Shown: positions 1 through 13,250 of the stretch, in pieces
How positions within the stretch are numbered: the stretch's first letter is position 1
How the letters are laid out: each line of letters opens with the position of its first letter
Assembly (NCBI GenBank): GCA_051294905.1
Contig: CM119371.1
Coordinates: 39,744,001-39,808,000 of the forward strand
Direction of reading: 5' to 3'
DNA length: 64,000 nucleotides
DNA from: Botryllus schlosseri
Taxonomy: Eukaryota
Position numbers and translations under genes: made by a program
Notes under the pieces: model-generated
The model's input: only the letters and a program-made list of their open reading frames with translations
What the model was told of the DNA's origin: nothing
Database searches by the model: none

Positions 1-1381
1 TGAAGAGGTGAGTATCATCAGCAAATAGCGTTGTGCGGAATAAAGATGCATTAGCAATGTCGTTAATATAAATGAGGAAAAAAGTCGGTCCAAGGACTGA
101 GCCTTGTGGCACTCCACAAGTTATATCTCTGGTAGTCGTTCTTAATGTCCCCAGTTTAACAAATTGTTTGCGGTTTGCCAGGTAGCTTTCAAGTAGAGTT
201 GCTGCAATACCCCTGATCCCATAGTGTTCTAGCTTGTATCTTAAGATTTTGTGGTTAACAGTGTCGAAAGCTTTGCGGAGATCGATAAAAATGCTGCAGC
301 CACTTTCTTTTTGCTTGATGGTTTTGTAATAGTCCGTTACAATTGATAGTATTGCATGGTTGGTGTTGTGGTTGGATCTGAATCCATGCTGAGTCGGAGA
401 CAGTACTGCATTCAATTCAAAAAAGTTCTTAAGTCGGCAGTCAATCAGTTTCTCAAAAACCGTGGCAAGATTTGGCAAAACAGATATTGGTCGGTAGTTA
501 GAAATTAGCTTTTTACAGCCTTTCTTAAACACTGGCATTACTCTGGCAGTTTTCAGTGCATCTGGGAAAATGCCTAGACGTATCGACTCATTAAAGAAAA
601 TGCATATAACATCACCAATAATATTAAAGACTAGCTTCAGAAAGTGAGTTGGGATGAGATCGGGTCCTACTGCTTTGTTACTTTTCATTTCAGATAATAC
701 GATCGCAACTTCTCCTTTGCTTGTCGGCTCAAGAAAAATGGATTTCTGAGGGCCAGGACTCAAGTACGAGAGAAAGTCATCGGAGGAGTTTGGTATTGAA
801 GCTGCAAGATCCGGACCAATGTTGCAAAAATACTGATTGAACTTTTCTGCTACTGCAAGCTGGTCTTTGATAACGCTGCCATTCTCGAGTAGCTGGATGT
901 CATCAGTACTCTTGGGAGCATTACCTTTAGTTAGGTTGATAATTTCTCCAATGGTTTTCCATGTGTTCTTGGGATCTTTGGAGCACTCTTCGAATCTTTT
1001 TTGGAAGTATGCTTTTTTGGCATTTTCTTTCATATGCGTCACTTGGTTTGCATATTTTTTGTACACTTTTTTGCCTTCGATGGTGCCTTGCAGATAGTAG
1101 TGCTTATGCATCCAATCCCTTGTTTTGATCGCAACCAGTATGTCATAACCAATCCAGGGTTTCGATTTCAAGCGCCTTGCATTGCGGTTGACTTTCCTAA
1201 TTGGGAAAGATGTGTCGAGGGCTGCCCGCAGTTCCTCAATAAATTTTTCAAAATGGCAGTTGTAGTTGTCAGTTGTGAGTGGAGGAATTTTGTAATTGTT
1301 GAAGGTATTGCTGACAATTTCAATATACTCCTCTATAGGAATGTTGAGGTTAATAGAAAAGCAGTTCAATGCTTGACTCAT
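1..1381 (-). mobile_element. 5'-truncated non-LTR retrotransposon (CR1/L2/Jockey-type) ORF2: linker and reverse transcriptase; continues beyond the window start
   Basis: Minus-strand frame reads ...LKSKPWIGYD...SKDPKNTWKTI...NYRPISVL...FIDLRKAFDTVNH...VPQGSVLGPTFFLIYINDIANASLFRTTLFADDTHLF. These are LINE RT motifs (DxxKAFD, PQGSVLGP, FADD at 14-25). KPWI (1151) and FADD are in the same frame. No endonuclease domain is visible upstream. Confidence 0.92.
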
Positions 1382-1536
1382 CCCAGCCCGCGGGGTGGAA
1401 ATGATCATATGTAACAAATTTTCTTTACACCTGAAATTTGACCTGAAGGTCAAAACCCATGTCGTGAGGCGTCACTCAGAGGTTCTCAAACTTTCTAGAG
1501 CGTCACACAAATCGGACTGTTACAATATCTCACGGC

Positions 1537-2031
1537 TAGGGCTGGGCAAAATCGAGTACCTGAGTGATTCGATTCTGAATCACGTAATATATGCTTCGAG
1601 TCGACACGTCATTACAGAATGTAAAACGTCTAGGTTCAAATACGTACCTTTTATGCGACCACAAATAATGTAATGCCTGCTTTCCATCACATTTAAGATA
1701 CTTTGGTATTAATTCGACCATATCGATTTCATTGCACTTGGTGACAATGTTGTGGGATGATCATGACTGCGGAAATGTGCAACTCTCAGCAACGTACATA
1801 CATATCTTTGTACTATATATTTCGTATGTTACGATACGTACAATCAAGGTTTCAGAGCTTCAACAGTGAAAATCTGTTTCGAAAATATCATTTTCCTTGC
1901 TAATTTATCTTTCTGTGGCGAGGAGCGTACAATTTCAGTACTCGAGAAATCACATTTTACTACTCGACTCTAATCATTAAAGTTAATACTGAATTCAGAT
2001 TCGAGTACTCGAATCGTTGTGCCCAGCCCTA
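1537..2031. mobile_element. non-autonomous hAT-like MITE, TAGGGCTGGGCA family
   Basis: Termini TAGGGCTGGGCA...TGCCCAGCCCTA; TCGAGTA/GAATC subterminal motifs; inverted relative of 3763-4282; flanks CTCACGGC/CTTGCGAC match only 5/8. Confidence 0.8.
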
Positions 2032-2681
2032 CTTGCGACCTAAGCCTCGCATTTCTCATTTTTTGTTGTTATTGTTTTTTATTGTTGCGATCAAAGCTCT
2101 GTGGCTGCTTTAGTCTTTTCCAAATCCACTGTGTTTGGTATCATAGCCAATTCAGCACCGTAACTGCCGCACCCCAAACCCCCCAATTGGAGGGGGCGAG
2201 CTAGAAGAGGGCCCAGAATTATTTCATGAATTAGCATTAATTAATAAGTTTTTTTTTTAATTTATGCAACTTTTTCAAAAAATTTTCGCGCTGCGCGCGG
2301 TGTCAGGCTGCCAACTATGTTCAATATTTGTACTCATCCTCCAAGAAAAAACACGCAAGATTTATAGAAATAGACATATCGGCGTGGGCCATTACCGCGC
2401 CACGACGCACCAAGACATATAACGATTTAGGACATATTACATGCGACTCCAAGAAGTGTGCCAGAACGATCGGCAGCGCGAAAACTTTGGCCGAAAAGGA
2501 CTGCCCTTACACTCTTCGAAAACTTCGTTATATATACAAATACTTATAGGTTTATTTGCCAATAGGCACCTATATGAACCTCAGAAGACAAACACCATCC
2601 CGCAGGGAAAAATTATATGCCAGTGAAGAAATACCAATTTGAAATCGTCTGCGTCTTTTAGTTTAGTACGTTTGGGCTATC

Positions 2682-3547
2682 CAGGGGTCGCCAACTCAAA
2701 ACGGGTCGCGGGCCACTTTTCAAATTTAGTACAGGCCGCGGGCCGCATTCGATATCGATGTAAAATAGGCAACCACGTTCAAAAACTCTACGTCAGTATG
2801 ACGGTGAGCTATTTTGAACTGTGAGCCGTACACGATACGTCGATATTGGGACTTGTGAGATCCGTTACTAGATGAAAGACCATCTCCACGTAACGCTTGA
2901 TCTTGTGCGAAAACCCTAGGCCAGTGGTTCTCAAACTTTTTTAGACACGCCCCCCTTTATGATACTGAAAAATCGTCGTATCACAAAATGCAACCAGAAA
3001 GCTAGCAATCCCAACGGCTAGTTTGATGACATGGAAGGTTATGACTGTTGATGAGAGAGTTCTATAAGATGAATTCCGGACCATACACAGAGCAATAACT
3101 ATGAAATAGAGGTAAATCGCGCGAATCGCAAAAACAATTTTCAGTTGAGCGCAGCTCCGCCTCCCTTTCAGATGCTTTCGTGCCCCCACAAGGAGCGCGC
3201 GCTCCCCAGTTTGGGAACCACTGCCCTGAGCCGTTTTCTAAGCGTCTTGGTCTTGGCAGTGTTTGGGCCATTACAGGTCAACGCAATATGCCCATCCCAT
3301 TCATAACAACCGATTATCCCTCGATGGAATGCTGTTGCCATCACCAGAGCCGTTCTAGCTAGTGTCGAATAGTGATGTTGGGCACAGGAGAATAGCTTAT
3401 TTTGAAACAACACAAAAACATGTAAAGACTGTAGTCAATTTCAGCATTTCAAATTGGTTTTCTCAGCTTTCTTACGAAATCTCAATCAGGTCGCGGGCCG
3501 CAGAATATGACTTGGCGGGCCGCATGGCCACATGTTGGTGACTCCTG
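2682..3547. mobile_element. hAT (Charlie/Buster-like) MITE containing a nested MITE
   Basis: Termini CAGGGGTCGCCAAC...GTTGGTGACTCCTG; GCGGGCCGC subterminal motifs; a reverse partial copy lies at ~62720-62993. Confidence 0.7.
2922..3223. mobile_element. hAT Charlie-like MITE (CAGTGGTTC termini), nested
   Basis: CAGTGGTTCTCAAAC...GTTTGGGAACCACTG; flanks CCCTAGGC/CCCTGAGC (6/8). Related ends occur near 7608, 42385 and 51197. Confidence 0.75.
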
Positions 3548-3762
3548 GCTATTCTATATTTTTGATATAGCAGACAGGAGGTCACGTCACGTCACATCAT
3601 GTAACGAAGTCATACCAACGGGTCCACCCGCCCGAAGATGTTTCATTATTATTTACGGACCCTACAGTTTCCGGTAAACCTGATAACGTGAGCAGAGAGG
3701 ACAAGAAATTGATAGCAATATATATGCAATTCCCGATCTTTATTGGCCGCTTTTATCATGAA

Positions 3763-4282
3763 TAGGGCTGGGACACAATGATTCGAGTACTCGAATCAGA
3801 AACGTGTATTAATTTTAATGATTCGAGTCGAGTAGTAAAGGACGATTTTTTCGAGTACTGAAATCGTACTCTTCTCGCCACTGAATGTTAATTTATCAAC
3901 GAGAATTACAGTTTCGATACTATAATTTTCACTGTAGAAGCTCTCGACCTTGATTGGCGGTATCGTAGCATACGAAACATATGGTACAAAGCTACGAATG
4001 TTACTGGATGTAGCACATTTCCGAAGTCATGATTATCCCACAATATCATCACCCAGTGAAATGGAATCGGTATGGTCGAAAAAAATACCAAAGTATCATT
4101 TATGAGACGGATAGCAGGCATTTAATTATTTGTGGTGACATAAGATTTAGATATTTGAACTTTGACGTACTATATTATGTCATGGCGTCATAATGGGTGA
4201 TACTAGATTACTCGACTCGACTCGAAGCATATTACGTGATTCAGAATCGAATCACTCAGGTAGTCGATTTTGCCCAGCCCTA
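3763..4282. mobile_element. non-autonomous hAT-like MITE, TAGGGCTGGG family
   Basis: Termini TAGGGCTGGG...CCCAGCCCTA; perfect 8-bp TSD ATCATGAA (3755-3762 and 4283-4290); an empty site exists in a paralogous host repeat at 13455-13462. Confidence 0.92.
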
Positions 4283-5461
4283 ATCATGAATTATCGAAAG
4301 TTTTCGCGCTTAGTGCTAGCTCACGAGACAGTACGACTAATTTCGTGACAAAAGCGAACAACATGATGGAGGAGAGGGCGGGTTATCACCCAAAGAGCCA
4401 AAGACCCAATTTTTTGGGCGGGCTGACGAAGTGCTGTTTCATTTCTGCCAACGGGTGTACGACTGTACGCCCGATAATATTGACCGGTTCAATCATAACT
4501 TGTATAAATTTTTCGCGCTTCGCGCGGCCAGGCTGGAATATCCGGCTCACTAAACGGACACCCAATGTAGATGACAAGTAGCGGCAAATATCTGATTGCC
4601 AAAGGGGGGTCTGGGGGGCGAAGCCCCCCATAAGTTCGGCTTATCACCGTATGCGGGGCTCGAAACCAACATTTTGGGGGGGGGCCTGACGAAGTGCTGT
4701 TACGGCCCTGAGCCAATTGATGAAACGCGCCTCAAAGTTGTTACGACCATATGGCCGGTAAATTCTGTTACGATCGAGTGATTGTACGACTGCACGCTTT
4801 ACTATTCGCACACATGAATTATACCCCTTTCGTATCATTTGTTCTCAGGTCAGCATTGATTCCGCAATGTGTGTTCAGTTTAGCACCAGTACGATATCCA
4901 ACTGCCGGCTAAGATAGTGTTGCAGTCTTGTTGTGTTGAGACGGTGGAGACTAATAAACGATCGAGGGCGTCCGCTACATTAGTAAATACGTGTAGCGGT
5001 GTAACCCCTCTTAAGGCTTTTATACGAAACAGTATTCCCTAGTGCAGGCTGACCACACGACAATGAATGGAGAGTATGCGCCGTTCCGCAAACACATAGC
5101 GCGTCTGGCAGCAGGTTTGTTTAGCCGAGTTGCGTGCATAAGCAACAATTTTCAGTATCAATAGTACTCGCTATTATAATATGGACAGACTTGTACACAC
5201 TACCCATTTAGTTAGTTGAATGCCAACTAACTAACGATTGTTGAGTACTACTTATAGTTTTAGTTCTACTCGCGGATTTCGAAAACTGAGTAGTTTTAGT
5301 TGTAGGTCTAGTCGTGAATTTATAAAAAATGAGAAGTTCTGGTTCTAGCTCCAGTTGCAGTTTCTGAAATGTCATTCGTTTTAGTTCTTGTATGTGTACC
5401 CAGAACGATTGATTGGAGAAATTGAACTTTTTTTGACCTCGAAATTGTTCTACACTACAAC

Positions 5462-5774
5462 TAGGGTTACCATAGTTTGGGAATCTGAAAAGATGGCGAT
5501 TTTTCAAAATTTTCAGACTCACAATGACGGAGGAAAATCCGGAAAAAAAATTTTCCCCAGTTTGTGGCTAGTTGACTAAAAATGGTCATTTTTCTGGCTC
5601 ATGTCACGAAAAAACCGCCAGACCGTCACTCGAACGCTGATTTCATATATCTCAGTCCAATTTCCACGAACATTTAACCACAATTTTCAAAAAAATAGAC
5701 AAATTATCAATCAGGAGGACGCTTAGGCGTCTCCTGAGGACACTTTAAAAAAGAGGACGTATATGGTAACCGTT
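5462..5774. mobile_element. hAT-like MITE, TAGG(G/C)TTACCATA family, degraded
   Basis: TAGGGTTACCATA...TATGGTAACCGTT with GAGGAC motifs; reverse-orientation relative of 14474-14894. Confidence 0.65.
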
Positions 5775-6157
5775 ACTACGGGCGTATGGTACCCCTGGCT
5801 ACAATGTACTTAGCTGCTCAAATATTTCATGCCTGGAAACTTCACAAAGTGGATTGATTATCCGGTGAAGAATTTCTAATTGGAACATATCCTGGAACCA
5901 AATCATCCATCCTCGTGTAATTTTGCGAGATGATTGATTTATGTTTGTCCATCAAAATCAGGTATTTGAGTTGAACCGGTAGCTCAAAGCAAACTTTAGA
6001 ATTCGACGTGTCGCAATATTCCGGTGAATTATCACTGACTTGTCAACATCTACGGTCAGTGTCATGTTCACGTTTATAAGGTTTCATACGACCTTCAAGT
6101 AGGAGTCATGCCATTTCTTGCAACCAGAACGCCGTGTTGAAGGCCGCGGTTACAGCG

Positions 6158-7066
6158 CAGTGTTGGGATGACTCGAGTCAGACTCGAGTCACCTTTTTCG
6201 TATGACTTGACTTGACTCGAGTCACCTTGCTAAAATGACTTGACTTGACTTGACTCGGCGTATCAGAAATATGGATTGACTCGTGACTCGGAGCAAAATT
6301 CACGAGTCAATTTCAGGTCATGCAGTAATCGGTGTCGATAAAAATCAATGTATCTTGCTTATGGTCGGAATGTTCACGATACGCTGGTGTAACCCGTGGG
6401 AGTGAGCAATCATCAATGATCGTGCGTTTTACTGAGCCTCCATTGTTCTCTCACAAATAAATTGACCGGAAACGAAGGGATCGAAGCTTACAGCTTACGT
6501 TGTCGTAAACCATAGCAAAATAATTTAACGTCAAAATGTCTATTTCTGTTCTCACCTTAACCAAACCTCTTGATTTATTGAAATTGAAGTCGAATATAGT
6601 TTATATAGTTCTCAACCCTTGGCGTATACTCAAATTGTATCATATCAATTTAAAAGCGGGTAATGTATTGCATCTTATCAATACGTTTCTCTATTCTCTA
6701 TTCTGCTGCGAACTATAAACTGAGGCTATTCAAGTACTTACGTAGTTTAACAGTTTTGCATATATACCAGCGATACGCTACAACACCTTCTTACGTGTAT
6801 AACTCTAGATTCGTTCATCGGTTCAGAATCAATGACCACTCAATCTGTATTTCAGACCGCTAGCAAAATACAATGACGTAATCATGCCACATGATTTGAG
6901 AAGGCAACTTGACTTGAATTGTGACTTGACTCGTGACTTGACTTGACTTGACTCGACTTGACTCGAGTCACCGCCAAAATAGGGTGACTTGACTTGACTC
7001 GAGTCAAAATGTGCAATGACTCGAAATGACTTGTGACTCGACGTTAGTGACTTGATCCCAACACTG
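6158..7066. mobile_element. non-autonomous hAT-like element, CAGTGTTGGGA family
   Basis: TIR CAGTGTTGGGAT...ATCCCAACACTG; perfect TSD TTACAGCG (6150-6157 and 7067-7074); dense GACTT/GACTCGAGTC subterminal arrays. Confidence 0.93.
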
Positions 7067-8584
7067 TTACAGCGCTGTTGAAAATCCACGATCTTTTGAA
7101 ACAGATAATAAAATCATACAAGACAATTTCTCTTAAAAAGCCATCACATCTTGCAGTGAGCAATAACTGCTCAAATACACTTCGTAGTACTCACAGCAGC
7201 ACACAATGAATCACGCTTTTCGGGGATGCTGCCGACTGCTAAATGAGTCCATTGACGAGAAGGAATAGCATCGACGAGTAATAATGGACTTTTCGGTACA
7301 GCTGAATAAATAGACGGACGACCCTAAATTGCCCTGACTGAATCTAGTATGCATTTTACTGCCAATCTAGCCTCTTTATTGATGAATATTTACTGCGAAT
7401 CTAGCCTCATTATTAATCAATCGTTTCAGCACTATACGCAGCAGTTGACTTATAAACCTACACCACCGGCATTTGCTCTCATTCCCCCCCTACCGCCACA
7501 TTTTCAAGCCAGTGCCCCCCCCCCCCAATCACCCATTTCATGGCCAGCGTCCCCTTCACGCTCGCGAACGCCCCAAGGGGGCGCTGGCGCCCACTTTGGG
7601 AACCACTGAATTAGATGATAATTATTATTTTTCGAGCGATAAAGGTGTGCACTGCAAAGTATATTTAGAAGCAAAATATGGAAAACAATCGCATTCATTT
7701 TCTTCAGAAAGCCACCGCACTCGAACTGCAGCCAAAACACCCTCAAAATATGCACCACACAACACGTGCGATATCCATGATGTCGAGGTATATCGCGATT
7801 TCAGGTGAATGCTTCTTAGCCCTCTGCGACACCACAGATTCGAACGTGTAATATGGTGCATATCCCGAAAATATTTCAGCAGAAGCCCTAACGCGACGGC
7901 TTTCTGAAAAAAATGCCCTAAATGGCTTAATTTCAAGTTGAGACCACATCATGTTTAGAGCGTAGTTCCCCATCTTTACTCATAATAAAACAAAATGTAA
8001 ATGCTGTATTTTGATTCTATCAAGGAATCATTTGACTCGAATGGATACACGCACGTCTGGTGTTACGCACAGATCCGTAACTGCCGCACCCCAAAACCCA
8101 AATTGGGCGGCCGGAGCTCGAAGGGTAACTTAACATATTCCGTGAATAAACATATATCAAGGAGCAATATTCAACTTTTTCAAAGAAGAAATAACAATTT
8201 GAAATCGGGTATCGATATCTTTTGACACAGCAGACAGGAGGACACGAAATAGCATCATATACCGAAGTCATTACCGACGGGTACGCCCGAAGATATTTGA
8301 TTATTATTTAGAGGTCCTACCTTTTCTAGCAAACCTTACTCGATCAGCTCTACCGGTAAATCTGGTTACGTGAGCAGAGAAAGGATAAAAATTGATAGCA
8401 ATATATACGCAATTCTCGAACATATTGACCGATTCAATCATATATTATACAAATTTTGCGCGCTTCGCGCGTACAGGCCAAACACCCGCTAAACGGACAG
8501 CCAATATAGTTGATAAGGAGCGATAAAACCGTGAGGTCCGAGGGGGTTCTGGGGGCGAATGCCCCCATAAATTAGGCTTATTAC

Positions 8585-9878
8585 TAGGGTTGGATTATCC
8601 GGATAACGGTTAACCGGTTAACCGGTTAACCGCAGGTATTTTCACTATCTGATATCCGGATATTTTTCTGCCGGTTAACCGGATAAAAAAGAATCGTTGC
8701 TAATGCATTTTACACGTTTTAGTAAGCTTCAATAAGTCGTATTCAGTGTTGGCACGGCCGATTAACGAGAAGCGTGTTGCCAATTAGCGAGATGCGTCTG
8801 TACACATTGCACAATGTAATGTGACGCGATCTCCTGCTGAGAAGATCGTTAAATTAGGTCATTGATTGCCACGCGCTCGGCTATCGTCTCTGGCCTGATT
8901 TATCGCGTCTTAAACAAGCCGATAGTTCCACTGGATTGAAGAATCGCATCTGCAATAGGCCATGTGCAGTGTACACTGTACACACTATTCCATCGCTGGC
9001 CTGCACAATCGCATCTTCATTGGCTTGGTGCTCACGATATTATCGTTGACCTGCACAATCGCATCTGCAATAGGCCTATGAACGATATAATCGCTGGCCT
9101 AACCATCTCGGACCCAGCACGCATTGGCTCCTATCTCTCGATGGCTTGTTGACGATATGCCGTTAAGTGTATTCTAATTAGTGATTCTGAGAGTGACACC
9201 GCGAAACTGAATGACATCGAATGTTCGCAAAAATGTGCGTGCGTGCAAGCGTAATTGATTTCCGCTGATGATTAATTCGAAAAAAAAATCGAAACCCCCT
9301 GATTTTATTTCAGTCCCCCTACATTTTCGGCTGGCTGCGTGCCTGATCACGTGAATTAGAGCGAGGTATGATGTCGGCATCAATTCCAGTATCAGCTAGT
9401 CGTCCTTCTAGTACTAACCTAAACATAAGGATGGTCAAAAGGATGCAAAGCCGTTGAAGTTTCCGGCGTACGACCTGCCAACCTTTTGACTCTCTACGAA
9501 GCGCTGCTTTCTATTCAGCCCACTTATGTGGAAGCTGAAAAAGCATTCAATGAACGTGGACTCTTTGTTACAAAATTCCGGTCCCGGCTACAGGATCCCA
9601 CAATTGATGCATCTGTGCTTTATAAAGAGGGCATTGCAGAAGCAGTGAACATTAAATTTGCGTGGTTTTTCTCGTATTCGCTCATACTGCGCGCGTAGGT
9701 AGGTACTCTACAATAACACTGTGTAATGATTTTGCGATCCGTTTTACATGCAGACCTGATGAAATCGATTGTCTCACTTAGCAGTTATTATCCGGTTAAC
9801 CGGTTAGATAAATTCCAAAATATCCGGATATATCCGTTATCCGGATAGTGAAAATTATTGATATCCGAACTAACCCTA
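8585..9878 (+). mobile_element. internally deleted hAT transposon retaining a transposase C-terminal remnant
   Basis: Termini TAGGGTT...AACCCTA; perfect TSD CTTATTAC (8577-8584 and 9879-9886); TATCCGG/GGTTAACC subterminal motifs; hAT dimerization-like peptide inside. Confidence 0.9.
9486..9625 (+). pseudogene. hAT transposase C-terminal dimerization domain remnant
   Basis: LYEALLSIQPTYVEAEKAFNERGLFVTKFRSRLQDPTIDA resembles the hATC pattern LxIPxTSxxxERxFSxxgxxxtxxRsRL. Confidence 0.8.
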
Positions 9879-12800
9879 CTTATTACCTTATGGGGGGGCC
9901 TTGTTGCGCACTGTTGTCTATGAGCCTGCGCAGTGAGTTGGCGTGTTTGCGCAGACTCTTCAATAATTAGAGAGAACATTGGTCATCAGTGCGTACGCAA
10001 GATTTCCGAAGTCATCACTGTCATCATGTCAAACAATAAATAAGATCACATGGACAAAAATTTAGTGTCCACAGCAAAACTAAGAATGGTTGAGGCTTCG
10101 CCAAACAATATGGGCACCGGGCAGTCGAATTGCATATGAGGATGATGGTAGGCCTAATAACGGAAGTTTAGTCATGAATCCGTGGCGTGACCACAATGCG
10201 TCATGCCAAATTTTTGGCATAGAGATTCAACTTCATTTGCGATTAAGTCGAACTAAAAATATATTATTTGTATTATAATTTGGAATGAACAGTACACATT
10301 TAAACTTTTATTTTTTGATGTATATGTCGTCATAATGAACTACACTAGATGCATAAAACTTGATTCGCAATAGAATCCTACTAATTGTATTTTGCTCACA
10401 CAACCCAGCAGCACGAACAGCCCTACATACCCTGTTGATATGTAAATAAGACAGATGGGTGCGTTTCTACTTAATAAGAGTTACATTCGGCCATAAAAAT
10501 ACATAACTATGCGCTTGGAATATTTTTGGCTATAATATGAATTTCAAAAATGTTATGAGCACATTATACTGAACATCTGACTTCGATAGAAGATTACTCA
10601 AACAACTGACATGCATGTTCAGGTTTATTGTTCATGCTCATTATCATCCCTCATTCAACACATCGGTTATATAAGCATGGGACGAAGAATCCGCGATACA
10701 GCAATGGTGGCGTAAGGGCATTGTAGCAAAGGATCCTTACTCCTTACTATAGCAAGAGCCGGAGTAGTCAACTGGCCGGAGTAGTCAACTGATTCCCAAG
10801 TGTTACCCCGTTTCCTTGCTTTTCACTTGAACGCTATATTATCCAGCATATAGATAATACACGGATCACAGGGTTTCTAATCCAGAAAGTCGCAACACCT
10901 TTATTCACGAATAATTGTACAATACGATGATTGTCCGGTTAAATTTAGTTAAGAGCCGATAAAATAGTAGCGCTAACGATGATATAAGTCGGCATATTTC
11001 TAAGCTTCCTTTGCTGTAGCCGTAATCTGCCGTTAGCACAAGATATTTAACTGTAAACGCGGGCGCAAGAATTTGGGTTATTATTGTTAAATCGCAAGTC
11101 GGGGTCCTATATTGGATAGGAAGTGACACAGCAGTGCGATGCAGTCATATATATTTGTGTGACTAATATATTTCCATGTAAATTGCATATAACTAGTTCC
11201 GCATTGGCGTTTTCACTTCTGCGAATAGGCTATAATCTGGCCTATGAACATGCTCGGCATTTGCTGCCTTAATGAAAATATTTCCTGCAAGAAATCTAAA
11301 TATTTGTTACATACAATAATCTCTCAATCTACTCAGAATTGCTTCGCGGGTCGGATGATCGTCTAGCGGGCCGTATGTTTGACACCCCTAATCTAGAGTA
11401 GGCTATGCTTTGATTAGAGTAGGACTGCTAATTCAACAGTATATTCAATACAAATACATTGGCGCAAAATTGGGTTCCGAACAGAATCGACCGACTCTAC
11501 CTAAAATAGATGCTACACAAGGTACTAACAATTATTATTATAGCCTACTGAATATCCACAAAGCATGATCAAAACCTAATCGTTTTTAAAATTAAGTTTC
11601 GATGTGATGTTACGCTGCTCGTATTTTCATTTCACCATGATAATAACATCAGACACATTGACCGTTGAAATGCTGTCTGGTTGTGATACTAGACTAAAGA
11701 TTAAGTGACCAATATACATGTGCGGACATGACTCAAAGTCTATTGACAAACGGGGATTATTTAACACAGTGAACGTACTTAGGGATGGTGTAAACGTGAG
11801 GTACAGGTTCGCTTTCTGTGTGAGAACCTTGTATATTTGTAGGTTGACCTTGACAAACGCACATTTGGCAGGATCTGCACTGTGAGCCATTTCCATACGC
11901 TACAATGTTTAATTGAAATTCTTCGCATGTCAACGTCGGACCACACTACGAGAGGTGCTGGAACCTTATAAAAATCATCACTAATTGAGCATGCACCCTT
12001 GCTTATCTCAAAATTTTTGCATGCGCCCTCGCAGAATTTTACTTGAAATAATCAGCTTTCCGTTCGTGAATACTTAATGCTGTGAGCCTGGTCCGCAATC
12101 ACACAACATCATGGAAAAATTACACTACTATATCAGTAATCAGGGAATGATACTTATTTAACCAATCAATGAAACTGGAATAAAATCAAGAAGACGTACG
12201 TGATCCATCTTGATTTGATATGTTCGATTTGAAATACAGGGTTGAAATTAGCAATATGACGTCGCGTGACGTCATAGCTACACATTCGCGTTCACACAGA
12301 ACCTAACGAAAATTTTCGCGTACACATCAACCTCAACTTTCCAGGGGTACGCGCCATCCTTGAAAGTACGCATCAAAATAATCTGGACTTTTAACGTAAC
12401 TGATTGCTATATTCTATTCGTATCTTTACGATAAACGGTGTAGGCGTACCTAGATAAACTATACTTATATCTATAGCACATATGCACTGCGCTAGTTAAT
12501 AGCCCTTTCACGAAATGCGAATACGACAATAGTAGACGCCGGCTATTGAATGAATGGTGACACCTGACACGCGAGAAATACAACAATGGATGCACGCTTA
12601 GGTGACGCTGCCAACTATTGTTCGTTCCGTCGCTATCGGAGATTGAGATAGAAATGAAAAACTAAACATTATCGAGTGACATAGGCAATGAGATACACTT
12701 ACACTATTAGTATCAATATCAAAATATAATATGGCGATACAGGGTAAATTAGGCGTTGCTTTCATTTTCAGTGCGGGATAGGGTACCAAGCAAGAAATCG

Positions 12801-13110
12801 CGTGACAATGAAACACGCGAAGCGTGAAGAGAAAATTTCGCTACTATTTTAGTTTATTGTAATGTACGACGATTTACTGAAAATGTGACAGGACCCTGGA
12901 TCTGCGAATGCGTCGGAACTGATATTTTAGTCATCAACATCCCAAGTGTCGCAGCCAGAATTGTAATTTTTGGTTGGCACTGCAAGTTCACAATCTGAGC
13001 AATTCATTTTCGATAATATAATAGGAAATTAACTCGCGGGCCACGCAAAACCCTCTCGCGGGCCACATTTGCGGGCCACCCCTGATACGAACAGGACCAT
13101 TCGATAATTT

Positions 13111-13250
13111 CAGAGCCGGAGCCGGAGCTGGAGCCGGAGCAGTGGTTATAATGCGGCTCCGGAGCTGGAGCCGGAGCTAATGTATATTTAAAAGAGAGCT
13201 CCGGAGCCGGAGCTGGAGCAGTTTAAATTTACGGCTGCTCCAAAGCCCTG
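13111..13250. mobile_element. terminal fragment of a hAT-like MITE with GGAGCC/GGAGCT subterminal array
   Basis: Clustered GGAGCCGGAGCT repeats ending GCTCCAAAGCCCTG (a CAGGGC-type terminus); the opposite end was not found. Confidence 0.55.

Noticed and set aside
837..1414. Plus-strand ORFs 837-1097 and 1001-1414
   Set aside because: Antisense shadows of the LINE ORF2 on the minus strand.
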